Positions 42,772 through 54,926 of a stretch of 60,702 nt of DNA are shown piece after piece. The DNA lies in IMG/VR virus record IMGVR_UViG_3300025872_000060, positions 1 through 60,702 of that record. The stretch is one strand, 5' to 3'. The notes below the pieces were generated by a model, which did no database searches, was not told the DNA's origin, and was given only the letters and a program-made list of their open reading frames with translations. This DNA is from a virus (lineage: Duplodnaviria; Caudoviricetes). How positions within the stretch are numbered: the stretch's first letter is position 1; every line of letters begins with the position of its first letter. The position numbers and the translations under genes were made by a program.

Positions 42772-42814
42772 ATCCTGCCATTCTAGTGGCAGGGATAATT
42801 TCCCCCCGAAAAAA

Positions 42815-43300
42815 TCAGGGGGATGTCCTTGAGTACCCGTACTGGGCGATTGCCTCGTTGGGAGACATCTCTTCGGGCATGATGCGGTTGTGCTTGTCCG
42901 CAAAGACGATGCGGAGCACTGGGCGCCCGTTCTCCGTGGCATCGATGAGGCGGGCTAGGTAGCCGTTCGCAAGGAGGTCCTCGACGATGTCGCCGTGGGA
43001 GAACGACTGACCCTTCTTCACCCGCGAGCACATGTCGTGGAAGAACACTCCTACATGGTCGATGGAGTTGAGCGGCATGGTGATCTGGAAGTCGGGATGA
43101 CCCAGAAGATGCATGCCATGAGTGTGGGCGTTGAAGCCAGAAGGAGACTCGGGATCGTGCTCGCTGACTACGTGGATGTAGAATCCATGCTTCATGAGTT
43201 GCTCGGACTCCCAGATATCCATATCGATGGGGTTCTTGCCGCACATGGCGCAATTGCAGCGATTGGGATGCTTGGTCTTCTTTGTAATTTTCTTGCGCAT
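42815..43300 (-). CDS. DUF4262-like protein
   Basis: HGFYIHVV...FNAHTHGM...GHPDFQI pattern. Confidence 0.45.
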   Translation of the reverse strand: MRKKITKKTKHPNRCNCAMCGKNPIDMDIWESEQLMKHGFYIHVVSEHDPESPSGFNAHTHGMHLLGHPDFQITMPLNSIDHVGVFFHDMCSRVKKGQSFSHGDIVEDLLANGYLARLIDATENGRPVLRIVFADKHNRIMPEEMSPNEAIAQYGYSRTSP

Positions 43301-43344
43301 GATTTTACCTGTCGTTGAGAAAGGCTAGCTACATGCAGATATGA

Positions 43345-44678
43345 CTAGTTGTCAATCACAGATCCCACGACTGCCCCTACTGCAGCCCCGACAAGCATAG
43401 CCTTTATTGTGTCGGTGTCTTCCGCAGACATGCGCGTGTTGTTCCTGATATCTTGCAAGCATGCCATCAGGACATCGCGATCCTGCGAATCGAAGTAGTT
43501 TTTCACAAAAGGATAAAGATCTCTGTAGGACTTGTGGACGATGTGCAACTCTGACATCTCCTCATCCGTCAGGTCTGCTCTCGCGGTTCCCCTTCCAGCA
43601 TAAAGATTGAGAAGCAGGAAGTATGATTCGAGCGCGTGGACATTTGATTCGTCCAGAAACCATTCATCTCCGCATTCAACGAACATGTTCCTGTCCCAGA
43701 TGGCATTGCACATGGAATCGGACATCTTCTCGAGAAGGCTCTGGAAGTATTTTTCCAGCTTTGCATGTATTCTATTTCTCATGTCGCGACGGATGCCTCG
43801 ACGCTTTGAGATGAAATTCATACCCCTATGGAGAGTGACGATGTTCCATTCGGGGTTTTTTGGGGGAGTGCAGCCCTTGATGGAGGGAGCGAAGTAGGGA
43901 TTTTCACTATATTCTTTTTTGAAGAACAGAATCGCCTTTTCTTCATCTAGTTTTCCAGTATGGACCAGATTGCTGAGGCGCAAAAAGCCGTCACGACCTT
44001 CCTGCATTCTGGTGGCTGAGTCGCTTGAAACCAAGCGTGTATCCCGATTGTTTTTTCCAAACAATGCCAGATTCACATTGCCAAAGAAAAACAGCAGCAA
44101 AACAGCAATCGTGGAAATCACGATCAAGCCAGGGATGACGATGTGTGTTATGACGATGATTAATTCATCTGTATCCATAACCACGGCTCCATTGCTCATT
44201 CCTGCCAATTGCAATCAAGTTGGATCTTCTCACTCCTATATCTTGCATCTATGAGGGAAAGATAGTGCCTTGCCAGTTCCCTCTCAGTCATGTCCTTGGT
44301 TGTTGATCTTATGTGTCTCAGTTCATTCTTAAGGACGTGCATCTTCTTGAGTTCCCATTTCCATTCTCCGTATGCGACAAGGTCTCCCTTCCTAGCCATT
44401 TCCTCAAGAGAGAATATGTGCTCGTTCAGCAGGGAGAAACCTTTTTCTATGCGTTCCCTTTCCTTTTGGAACATCTCTGGATTGAATGGGATTTTTCTAT
44501 TTGCTTCTTCCCACGCCTTGTGCTCTTGGATGATCCTTTTTCTCAGCTCTTCATCATCCTTGATTTTCTTTTTCCTGATCTTCGCGTCTTCTTCCCTGCT
44601 TAACCTTCTTGACTCCCACACTATGAGGCATACGAAGAGGATCAGTGCCACTGGCATGAGAGCGCATGCTGTATCCAT
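43345..44678 (-). CDS. Two low-GC membrane-anchored hypothetical proteins (43345..~44196, 44196..44678)
   Basis: N-terminal TM helices. Confidence 0.6.
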
Positions 44679-44727
44679 TTTAAAATTCGTCCGTTTTTAA
44701 ACTATGGACGTAGCTGTTGTCCCTTTA

Positions 44728-45075
44728 TCATCCGATGGAAGACGGCTCGTCCCTGCGGATGCTCGCGGAGAGAGCCACGAGCGGATCCACATGATACATC
44801 ACGATGCCGCCACGCGACACGAAGCACTGGACGATGCCGTCCTCTATGAGGGTGGTGAGGGCATCCCTCATTCGGTCGAGCGCCATCTGCTCCATGTGCG
44901 GGTATCGGGAAGCATCGCCTCCCGTACGCTCCGCTTCCTTCGAGTTGAACTCAAAGTCAATGCCCAGAGGTCGGCGCATACTTTGGAATGGCATGGGATC
45001 GCCGATAGCCAGAAGGTCGAACACCTGCTGCTCGGAGCGGGAGAGGTTGCCTGTTGTTAGCCTGTTTTCCTGCAT
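44728..45075 (-). CDS. Winged-helix-like protein
   Basis: LSRSEQQVFDLL...DALTTLIEDGIV...YHVDPL. Confidence 0.5.
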   Translation of the reverse strand: MQENRLTTGNLSRSEQQVFDLLAIGDPMPFQSMRRPLGIDFEFNSKEAERTGGDASRYPHMEQMALDRMRDALTTLIEDGIVQCFVSRGGIVMYHVDPLVALSASIRRDEPSSIG

Positions 45076-45141
45076 TCCTTTTCCAGCATATCTGCTTGGT
45101 ACAGGATGTCAAGGGGAATAGACAGACTTTCACGGAAAATT

Positions 45142-48100
45142 TCAGGAATCGGGATCGAAGCCTTCCACCCAAGCCAGCGGGAACTCCATGGAGTAGTCGC
45201 CGTCGTGTTCCTCGTCGGGAACCCAAGACACCCAGCATGTCTCGCAGTCATCGTGGAGCGAGGTAATCTCCCACTCTCCATCAAGACGGAAGTGGTTTCC
45301 ATCATCATCTTCCCACGGCTCGCGCCAGTGGAAGCGATGACCCAGCCACTTATCCCACTCGGGCTTGCCTGAGTGGTTGTCCATGTGGCATGATGCCTTC
45401 TTCTTGGGAGCCTTCTTCTTGGCGACCTTCCTAGATGGCTTCTTGGGAACCTTCTTGGCAACCTTCTTGCTGGTCTTCTTGGACGGCTTCTTCTTAGATG
45501 CCATGGAGTTTTCCTCCTATCAGGTGCAGATGTACTTGCACGACTGGATGTGATGGAGCTCGCTGACCTCGGACGGAGGATCGAAGATGGAGAGGTTGCG
45601 GACTCGGATCACGGAACCCTCGTCCCAGCTGGCGAGATCGCCCCACGGACGCGAATCCGTCTGGCTGCGGTAGTTGATTCCCTCAGGGGAGTCTCCGTCG
45701 ACGATCTCCGCGATGTCGCCCTGCAGGAAGATCTCCGAAGTAGGAGACTTCCAGCGCACGATCATTCGGGAGAGATCCGCCTTGGCGATTCGCCTCGGGG
45801 CGCAGAAGAAAATTCCCTTGTCGCCCTTGCTGGCGGAGACGGAGAGGACTCGGTTGATTTCCGAAGCAGGCGCGATGCGGTTCGTGAAGTACGTGTTTGG
45901 CTCTGTGGCGGTGGTGCTCATGGCTTTGACTCCTGTTGCCCGTAGTTCATTGGGATCCGCACATTTTCGCCTTTACGGAAAGGGCGAACATGGGGTTGTC
46001 GAGATGGCGGCTCCTCGCCGCCAGCATCCGTATGTCTGAATCGCAGTGGAACATGGCTTCTGCGAACATCCATGGCGCGGCGTTGGGATGCGCGAACACG
46101 CACTCCGCGATACGTATCTGGCAGTTGCGCTCAAAATAGTCGCACGACAAGGATTCGTCAGTCGAATAGTGCGGACGGACGCGATCCAAGATGGGTCTGA
46201 GGATGGATGAGAGGATATTCACATCGGCGTTATTGTTCTCAAGAGCAGCCTGAACAACCATAAAGTCGGCATCCTTGGATGCCTTGAGGATGACGGCGGA
46301 AGTGGCGCATGGATGGGAAGCAGCCCTCTCCCTTGTCCGCGAACGCCTCTTGGGATTGAGGGCTTCCAAGAGAATCTCCTCGGATGCGATTTCCCTGTCG
46401 ATCAGGACGGTGATGTTCGGCTTCGACTTGGATGTTTTCATAGGCGCATTCATAGGCGTATGGTGGCTGCGACATGTGGTCTGACTCACTGGTCGCCTGC
46501 GGCGGTAATCCTGTTCTGGATCTCGCGGAGGCTGACCTCTACTTCCTTGCCCATGTCTCCAGAATAAAGCCACACGGTGGTGTCCTCGTGCTGATCCTTT
46601 GGTTCTTCTCCGATGCTGGTGACTTCATACTCCCCCGTGAAGTCATCCTCATCGTCATCCCACCACACGAGGTCGCCCAGATAGGCTGGCTGAAGACCAT
46701 TGCGGTTCTCTTCGATCCTCTTGGGCTTCGTGGGTTTCTTCACCTTCTTCGCGACAGGCTTATTCGTTTTCTTCGCCGTTTTTTTCTTGGTCTTCTTCTT
46801 TGCAGCCATCTGGTTGCTCCTTGCTTTTGCCTTCGTTCTCAGGCGGCATCATCTCGTCCCATGCATCATTGTGCTTGTCGAGCCTTTCATCCAGATCTTT
46901 GCGCATCCGCTTGCCCTCTTCCGACTGCTTCCATTCCTCTATCTTGGGATGGTTGCAGGAGCAGAACAAAGCCTCGTCCTGACCAGGTCCCACGAGCATG
47001 TCGTCCCACTCAAGGCACCAATGGTAGCCCTGCTTCCACTCCTCCTCCGTCAATCCTTGTCCGCTGCGGTCGAGTTCAAGGAACCTTTTATTGTCCATCG
47101 GCGTCCCTCCATGACTTGTTCTGCAGGATCCTGTATGCATCCTCAATGAGCGAAGCAAGCTCCTCGACATTGCCCTGCTTCGCATCGGGATTGTAGTAGC
47201 CGTCCCAATCGGCAAGCAGAAAGGAAGCGTCGAGATGCCGCTTTTCAAGGTCACGAACACGCTCACGAAGCCGTTCGATCTCATCGGCAGCCTTCGTGGA
47301 CAAGTCGAATGTGGTGGCGTAGTAGTTGCGGAGACGCATCACGATGTCATGGTCATAGTCGTTCATGATGTTGGTCCATCACACCAGCGGGCAGATGTTC
47401 TTCTCGTATCCAGTCAGCTTGCCAGAAATCGCCTTCCCCGTGCTGACGGAGAACTCGCACTCGGAGTTGTCGATGAAGGGTCCGTCCTTTTTCCTGTGGA
47501 TAGGCTGAACTGCCGTGATGACGCATGGGATGAAATTAAGGTTAAGCGTACAGGTGGTGACGACCACCTCCCTGCGCTGGGGATGCTCGGACGGTCGCAC
47601 GACGGGCTTGTCGCGCCCATATGTAGCAGCCCAAGCCTCTGCGATGGTGAACACAACATCGTAGGAATTGGACGATGTCATCCGCTTGATCTCAGAAATG
47701 ACGAAGTCTTTGTCATCGTCATTTCTGACGCGGTGCTGGAGCATGATGAAGTTGCCGCTGCTGATGTTATTCGCCATCAGGACGATCAGACCGTCGATGC
47801 TGCCGTTCACGCTGATCGTCTCCGCATTCGTGTTGAGGAAGTCGGCAAGCGAGTCCATGGCGCAGGCGAACTTCGCCCTTCCCTCGTTCGAAACCTGTTC
47901 GAGGATGCCGTCCATGTGCCCGATGAATCCGTCGAGGTCGCCGCCGCCGTTGTTCCTCATGTCCATGTCCATGTTCATCTCCTTGCGTGTGAACTCAATG
48001 ATTTGATGGGGTGCAAACCGCAGTCTAGCAGACATTGTAGTGCCTTCGCACCTCGTGTCAATCAGGTGAGACAAATTTTCTTCTGCACGGAATGTTTGGA

Positions 48101-48674
48101 AGCGGAGCCTGTGAGTCTTCGTGACTCATGCAGTTCTTGAAGTTCAAGATGCCAAGAACCTCTTCATCTGGGTCTTGTTTGAAATGGAGAACCTATGGAA
48201 CCCATTATCTACTTTTTCCACCTCGATCATCCATTGCCTATCCTGAGGAGCGCGCACGTAGGCGCTCTGGACGGCATCCTTCAGGCTGTTTTTGATCCCG
48301 ACCATCTGGACTGCATCGGACATGGATGTGACATGGATCCATCCTCTCCGAATCATCTCCTTGGAGACAGGCTCGAATGCATCGGTCTTTCCGTCCAGTA
48401 TGCCAGAGTAGGCATCCATCACTTCGGGATCGTCCGGTTTTCCGCCCATGCTATCCGCCACCATGCGCCTAAGCTCCTGATCCGTGAAGCCGAACACCTT
48501 GGGGTTCCTGAACACCTCCGTGATATGGTATCTGCCACGGTCAGGATCGTTTCCGATATGCTTGAAAGACCAGTTCCCGCTGGTGGGATGCCACCATCCA
48601 GATGTCTGGGTGAAGAACGGAAAAGAGTCGTGCTTCCACGACTTCTTGAGCAGATAGAATATGCGCATGGGCAT
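45142..48674 (-). CDS. Hypothetical genes (45142..45504, 45520..45921, 45947..46441, 46486..46809, 46760..~47098, 47088..47366, 47379..~47980, 48144..48674)
   Basis: Minus-strand tiling; 45142 and 46486 share Lys-rich N-termini and acidic domains. Confidence 0.6.
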
Positions 48675-48682
48675 CCTCTGTA

Positions 48683-49880
48683 TTACGGTCTGGGATCGTC
48701 TTCTTCCTTTTTCTCAAGCAGCATCCTGAGTGGGTCAACCATGTAGCCAAGTTCAACTATCTTATTTCCACTGGTCCGTATTGACGGTGAGATCCTGCCT
48801 GAATTGATGAGGACTTGCATGACTCCATCAAGGGAGAACGCGAAGGGCTTGCATGAGATGGCGATGCCATCGAATTCCGTGCTCACATCGTTCCGCGAGA
48901 TGAAGCCGTCTTCATCCACGCGCTCCACGATGAGCCTAAATATCGCATCGGCGCATTCCTTCTTCCTCATGGCGTGCCTTGCGACTTCGCCATGAGCTGA
49001 CCCAGGGGGCAGAGCGTCCACTTGAAGTCCATGCCGCAGAAGGGCACTGGGACTATGGCTCCTTCATGCTCCATGGTCTTGATGGCTATGTTGAACGCGT
49101 CTCTATCTGGGAAGTCCGCTCCATCAATGCGGAAGTGCTCCCTCATCTCTGAATATCCCATTCCGTCCTTGCCCGCAGACAGGGCGCTGGCGATGAGGCG
49201 GATGATCCTGCGCTTCCATTCGGCTATGCACAGCATGCGCGACTCGATGAATGGCGATGCATCCCTCGTCTTGATCTTCACCACTTGGGCATAACGCTGG
49301 GATCCGAAGTACGAGATGATGCTGTCCGTCACAGTGCCGCTCCCGTGGTACATGAGCGTCTGGATGCCATTCCTGTAGTTCAGGGAATTGAATGCGGCAA
49401 TGTGCCGGTTGTAGTTGCCCGCGCCAACGAGGGCTTCTATGTCCGCGCTTACGAGGCGAGGCTTGTTCAGGTCGAGACTCTCCAGATCCCACTGGAGCCG
49501 CACGACGGTCTGGATGCAATCGGATTCGCTCATGCAGTTCAATCCTTTCAATCTCCGAACTTGCCCGAACGAGATGCGCTGATGAACAAGGCTTGGATCG
49601 GGTCGATCCTATACCTGAGCATGCCGCCTTCATCGGCTGTGATCTCTATGATTCCCTCTGCATGAAGGCAGACGAGCGCCGATGAGAATTCTCCGTGCAT
49701 GCCCCTGAATCGGCGTCTTCGATCATGAACCTCGTTCTTGTACGAAGGGAAGTCAACTTCGGCAGCGGCTTGCCGCATTTTCGCTCGGGAGACAAGCTCG
49801 TCAATGGCAAGACCGTTGGGCTCGCCTACGAGCATGGACAATATCAAGCGCTTCCACTCAGATTCCGTCAGGACGGTCAT
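48683..49880 (-). CDS. Three winged-helix-like paralogs (48683..49021, 48967..49551, 49548..49880)
   Basis: Helix-G-x3-E pattern, L...G.I, terminal Y/W-x-x-D/C-P; TTGACA-17-GACAAT at 49897-49925. Confidence 0.5.
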
Positions 49881-49953
49881 GACAACTCCTAGACCAATTG
49901 TCTCCTGCGAGTCACCTCTTGTCAAGCAAGAAATCAAAAAAGTTTCAAGTGCT

Positions 49954-50916
49954 TTACCTTGATGATCTTGCGACCATCTGATCCCGATACCAATCGACAG
50001 TCCTCCTAATCCCCTCCTCCAGTCCGACTTTAGCCTTCCACGACAGGAGGGATTCTGCGCGCGATGCATCCACCCTTCGGTGAGGCTGTCCATCGGGGCG
50101 GGATGGATCCCACCTTATCTCGCCATCGTAGCCGCAGGCATCCGCCACGAGACGAACGAGATCCGCTATAGATATTTCCCTGTTCGTACCCAAATTGATC
50201 GGAAGGGGATCGTCAATCGCCTCGGCGGCGCGGACTATGCCCTCCGCTGCGTCCTCCACGTAAAGAAACTCCCTTCCCGCAGACCCCGTGCCCCAGCATT
50301 CGATGAACGGAGATCCTTCATCTAAGGCTTCCATGCACTTGCGGATCAGTGCAGGAATCACATGGGATGTATTGAGGTCGAAGTTGTCCCATGGTCCGTA
50401 GAGGTTGACGGGCAGTACGAATGACGATCTCATTCCGTACTGGCGGCGGTAACCATCAAGCATGACGAGAGCAGCCTTCTTGGCGATGCCGTAGGGCGCG
50501 TTCGTCTCCTCAGGATATCCGTTCCACAGGTCGTCCTCGCGGAACGGCACGGGCGTATGCTTGGGGTAGGCGCATATGGTGCCGACCTGCACGAACTTGC
50601 GGATTCCGTGCCGCCGTGCACCCTCGATCAGATGAATAGCCATCGCCATATTCGCGTAGAAATATCTGCCTGGATTGGCTTGATTGGCTCCGATTCCTCC
50701 GACCTCTGCGGCCAGATGGAGAACAACATCTGGAGAAGAGTGACGGTACATGCGTTCTGCATCCGACTGGACGGTAAGGTCGTATTCATCGCTCCTTGGA
50801 ACGAAGATATCGGATACACCCCTGCTGTGCAGGACATCCATAACCGCCTTGCCAAGGAATCCAGATCCTCCAGTCACAGTCACACGCATCTTATCAAGTG
50901 ATATATTATCGTTCAT
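49954..50916 (-). CDS. fcl: GDP-L-fucose synthase
   Basis: [31 protein letters not shown]...[14 protein letters not shown]...REFLYV. Confidence 0.92.
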   Translation of the reverse strand: MNDNISLDKMRVTVTGGSGFLGKAVMDVLHSRGVSDIFVPRSDEYDLTVQSDAERMYRHSSPDVVLHLAAEVGGIGANQANPGRYFYANMAMAIHLIEGARRHGIRKFVQVGTICAYPKHTPVPFREDDLWNGYPEETNAPYGIAKKAALVMLDGYRRQYGMRSSFVLPVNLYGPWDNFDLNTSHVIPALIRKCMEALDEGSPFIECWGTGSAGREFLYVEDAAEGIVRAAEAIDDPLPINLGTNREISIADLVRLVADACGYDGEIRWDPSRPDGQPHRRVDASRAESLLSWKAKVGLEEGIRRTVDWYRDQMVARSSR

Positions 50917-50945
50917 TCAGGAACCCAAGATCATGATCGCCGCAA

Positions 50946-52921
50946 CTATTGTTTTTCACTATCAGGAGAGGCGCACCGAGCGCGTTCACTTGCCTTTTTT
51001 ACAGTATCCGATAGGAGAAGGATGGGATCGAGGTGCAGCGTGAATAGAAGATTCCTCGGTCTGCCGTATCTATTGGCATCGTATTCTCTCTTCATAACGG
51101 TGCCACTCTTCACCATCTGGTTCGCGGCGGTATAGATGGCATCCAGACAGAAGGCAGATGAGCCATCATCAGCAGGTTCCTTGAACGCCTGACGCTGGTT
51201 CACCTTCGTGCCGATGTTGTAGTAGCCGACGGCTTCGTCGTCCTCCAAGAGTATCTCGCGGATGATGGACTTGCACTTCTCGATCATCTCTTCGCGTTCG
51301 CTCTTTTTCATGGAAAGCCACTTGTTAATATCGGCATTATGGCTTTCGCTGTCTTGGTCGTGGCGTTGATCCATGATTTTATCATCGCTCCCCAAAGCAG
51401 TCCCATCCGCGCATGCGCGCATGCTCCAGCGCATCAGGAGAATAGTTGTCCCGCTTACCTTGCTTTCCCGCGACTATATTGCAGACCTCACGCCGTGCTT
51501 CATCTCGTTCCTCACGCAACTTCTTGTTGATTTCACCAACGGGCTCACAGGCATAGCAGCATCCCTCTAATCCAGTGCGCATGTCGTCCAGCCTTTGCTT
51601 AAGCCGCTCTGTTTCCCTCGCCATAATGTCGCATCTGTTCTTGAGGATCCGAGCGATATGCACGATGTCGGCATGCGCCTCGCTATGGCTGCGGAAGAAA
51701 AGCGCTTCGCTCCCAGATTTCAATGCTTTGCGGACTTCCTTCTCATGCTCGCTAATAAGCAGCTCAATCTGGTCGTCGGTGAGGCTGAGGTCATGAGGAA
51801 CGGTCAATTCATTGCGTTCGGAATCGGCATCTTTTTGGCTCATGCTGGTCGTCCCTTTATTCATCCGATCACGCATGGAAATGCGTCATGCATGCCGTTC
51901 AATACACCCGCATCTGTCTCATGTTCTTCTCAATGGCGCAGGTATGGGAGCACATGGTCATGGAGCAAAGCATGATGACCGCTATCATCACGGCGATGAT
52001 GCTCTTGAAATTGTCAGTATGACCATCGGGAGGAGGGGGAGGATTTGTCTTCATGATTAAACTCCTGAAATGCCCCGAGAGAGACTTGCACTCTCCTAAC
52101 ACGGATTAAAAGTCCGTTGCTAAACTACCTCAGCTATCGGGGCTAAAATGATGTGCTTTCCACCTGCATGGCACCATGCATATGCATGCATTATTCGGCG
52201 CGCTTCCTTCATTGTAGTGCGCAGCGATGCCAATGAACGGAAAATGCTAGAACTTTACCTTCCTAGACGGAAGACCCTTCCATTCCTTCATGCCCCAGAT
52301 CTCATACGGTCTGCCTTCCCAAAGCCATTCACTCAAGGTGCAGCAGAAAAAATCCTTCAGTTTTTCCTTTGAGCTTGAATTCGTGCGCAAGGAAAGCTCC
52401 AGCAGCGGGTCGAGAAGAGATCGGCTTTTTTTGAAGCAATCACACATGGAGGCAGATAATCCAGCAGAAAATGACTTGTCTTCGCTTGCTTGCAGAAGCG
52501 ACATCTTGTTCCATCCCTTATGCAGGACTATCATCACATTTTTATCGAAATCGGCGATGATGACTTCCGTAGTCCCGCCATCATTGCATTTTGATCCCCA
52601 GAGCACGAGGCAAGATCCAGAATCTGGCATGATGCTATGAACATATGAAAGAATGCATTGATTAATGAACTCTCCAGATGTCCTCTGAGTGCTCCTAGGA
52701 ATCCTCATCATGACAGTCTCGTCATATGGCAGCACTATCTCACGAGGAATGCGGTACTCTTCAATTGAGTTTTCTGCCATGAAGCCAATAGACATGTCCT
52801 CGGAACCCGAGAATACCATGCCACATATGCGATAGAGAATTCCGCTCCCGCTCTCGACAGGGAGTGGACATGACATGTCTCCCCTTCTGGACAACGAGCG
52901 ACTTTTTATCTTCAATGGCAT
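50946..52921 (-). CDS. Hypothetical genes (50946..51374 winged-helix-like, 51382..~51843, 51899..~52055, 52247..52921)
   Basis: Tiling; the last has a consensus leaderless promoter. Confidence 0.55.
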
Positions 52922-52927
52922 ATCTGG

Positions 52928-52956
52928 ATTGTAGGATTCACGCTACAACCTGTCAA
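52928..52956 (-). promoter_or_regulatory. Sigma70 promoter TTGACA-17-TACAAT, leaderless
   Basis: -10 ends 6 nt before the ATG at 52921. Confidence 0.8.
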
Positions 52957-53305
52957 GTGCCTGAAGGCTATTTCTTGCGCTTTTTTTTCTCTTCCCTTGC
53001 AAGAAAACAGCCCATAACCTGATATCCACCAAGTATCAAGGCTGCTCCTGCGATGAAGATGAAACCAATTAAAATTGCTGTTTCTTGATTCACGAGTCTA
53101 TCCTTTCAGAACAGAAAGGCACCATGTCATCGCCTGCAGGAGAAAACGCCAATTTTTCTTTATTTTTCCCCAAATCGTCTTCCGCACATCGCCTCCATGC
53201 GCGCCTGATTCTCGTAGTGTCTCTTAAACCTTCTTTGCAAAACATCCATGAATAAGATAGTCAGAAAGAAAGGTACAGAAAATGCAGAGACCAGGATAAG
53301 GATAT

Positions 53306-53809
53306 TCAACATGTTATCCTCCATGCCTGCTTGGATGCCATATCTCTAAGCTTTGTAGGGCATATCTTTGCCATCTTCGCGGCTTCCGTCTTGGAGTATC
53401 CGTCCAGAAGAGCCTTGCAGATGACTCCAAACTGCTCTGGCAAATCTGAAAGCAAATCATCAAAATTTGACTCTGCGCGAGATGGTATTGATTTTACCGA
53501 GTCTAGGCTTACTTTTTTGAGCCTGTGCTGCCCGTTCCTCCCGTCCTCTCTGCGATGTCCATCTAGAACCATCAACTGGGTTCTTCGGGATAAGAAGGAC
53601 ATGCTCTGACCTCGGGAGGCGATGTACACAAATCCCTCAATTGCGTAGTCATCGCCTCCCTTGCCATCCACCAGGTTCTTGCCCAGCCTGCGCATGTAGC
53701 GAGCGGCGGATGCCGACGCAATGCGTATGTATGACTCAAACTCCTCAGATGTCATGTTCTCCATGAAGGCGGCGAGAACATCCATTTCTGAGGCGGTGAG
53801 ATCACGCAT
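53306..53809 (-). CDS. ECF sigma-factor-like protein
   Basis: 167 aa; region-4-like LLSDLPEQFGVICKALLDGYSKTEAAKMAKI; region-2-like DDYAIEGF...LMVLDGHRR. Confidence 0.55.
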   Translation of the reverse strand: MRDLTASEMDVLAAFMENMTSEEFESYIRIASASAARYMRRLGKNLVDGKGGDDYAIEGFVYIASRGQSMSFLSRRTQLMVLDGHRREDGRNGQHRLKKVSLDSVKSIPSRAESNFDDLLSDLPEQFGVICKALLDGYSKTEAAKMAKICPTKLRDMASKQAWRITC

Positions 53810-53814
53810 GTCTT

Positions 53815-54015
53815 CTACATTCTAGTGGTCTTCTGGGCGAACCACAGGCAATAAACCCAAGGAATGATCACGATGCCTGCGATTGCTGCTGAAACCCGCA
53901 GCCTGCCTTGATCCATCCATGTCGGAAAATATTCGCCAATCACCAGTAGCGCGATCCCCGCTGCACAGATGGATAGGATGATCGATGCGTAGACGGCGGT
54001 GTGGATGTTTTTCAT
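53815..54015 (-). CDS. Small 2-TM protein
   Basis: Hydrophobic; coupled to the upstream gene. Confidence 0.55.
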   Translation of the reverse strand: MKNIHTAVYASIILSICAAGIALLVIGEYFPTWMDQGRLRVSAAIAGIVIIPWVYCLWFAQKTTRM

Positions 54016-54926
54016 TCTTCATCTCCTTCAGAGGCTTTGTCGGGATCCACAAGCCGGCATCCGCTGGTAGTGAGATCCCTCCAGTATTGCGCCCGCTTTT
54101 CAGCGCAGCATTCGTGATATGCAAAGTCCGCACCTGCGAGACAGGTAATAAAAGCCCCTAAAGATCCGATCCCACCAAGGATAAGACATCCCTTCATGCA
54201 TGCCGCGACGGCTGGACCAGAATATGCGCAATGGCTGGCACACCATTTGAAGAGCCCTGCTCCTAGGGTCAGCGAAGCTGGCACACATGCAGCGATGAGC
54301 ATGAAGTATCTTGCGCTGCAGCCATGCAATCCCTCCCTGAGCGAGCGGAGGAATCCGCAGCATTGGATGCCACCCTTGCCCATCCACTCGGGATCGTAAC
54401 ACTCGATGTGACTTCCGCCCTCCTCCGAAGTGGGCTGAATGTCTTCGATGTAAGAATGTGCCTCTTCTTCCGTTTCCATCATCCGCAGGGGAATAATTGA
54501 AGATACTGATGCAGCGACGGCATTCTTACCGCCATCATCTACCCTTACCTGTTGGTCGAGTACTGCGACAACGAAATGATGTGCGCAGCCATCCTGCACC
54601 GTGAATCCAGAGGCGATAGAAACGATCTGCTCATGCGCGAACAAATGACCCGATGAGCTGAAGACTTCTGATGAAATTACAGGATCGATACGAATCCTGT
54701 TGGTTTCGATCCACAAGTTCTCGCTAAGAACTTGCCCAGAAGCATCAACCCATGAAACGATAGATCCTTCAATGACGAGCGCTTGCTCGCTGGCATTTAG
54801 CCTATTCCCCGTAGCCATTTCCCACTGCTTGCAGACCTTCATATCGTTCCAATCAGCCAAGCATTTATTGGAGAATGCACACCCAATCACGAGCAAAGAC
54901 AAAAACTTACAGAAAGTGTTAGGCAT
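54012..54926 (-). CDS. Secreted Cys-rich protein
   Basis: Signal peptide; C-terminal hydrophobic Cys/Gly/Ala-rich helices. Confidence 0.6.
   Translation of the reverse strand: MPNTFCKFLSLLVIGCAFSNKCLADWNDMKVCKQWEMATGNRLNASEQALVIEGSIVSWVDASGQVLSENLWIETNRIRIDPVISSEVFSSSGHLFAHEQIVSIASGFTVQDGCAHHFVVAVLDQQVRVDDGGKNAVAASVSSIIPLRMMETEEEAHSYIEDIQPTSEEGGSHIECYDPEWMGKGGIQCCGFLRSLREGLHGCSARYFMLIAACVPASLTLGAGLFKWCASHCAYSGPAVAACMKGCLILGGIGSLGAFITCLAGADFAYHECCAEKRAQYWRDLTTSGCRLVDPDKASEGDEE

Noticed and set aside
42772-42942. N-terminal 57 aa of the 680-aa track ORF
   Set aside because: Overlaps the upstream gene 42815..43300; ATG 42771 has a TAGAAT box 8 nt upstream.
2108-48140. Long plus-strand ORFs (e.g. 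3722..4675, 13649..14593, 17580..18560, 29031..30539, 30485..31573, 41425..42786, 47235..48140)
   Set aside because: Antisense shadows of GC-rich minus-strand genes that have recognisable motifs or motif-anchored starts.
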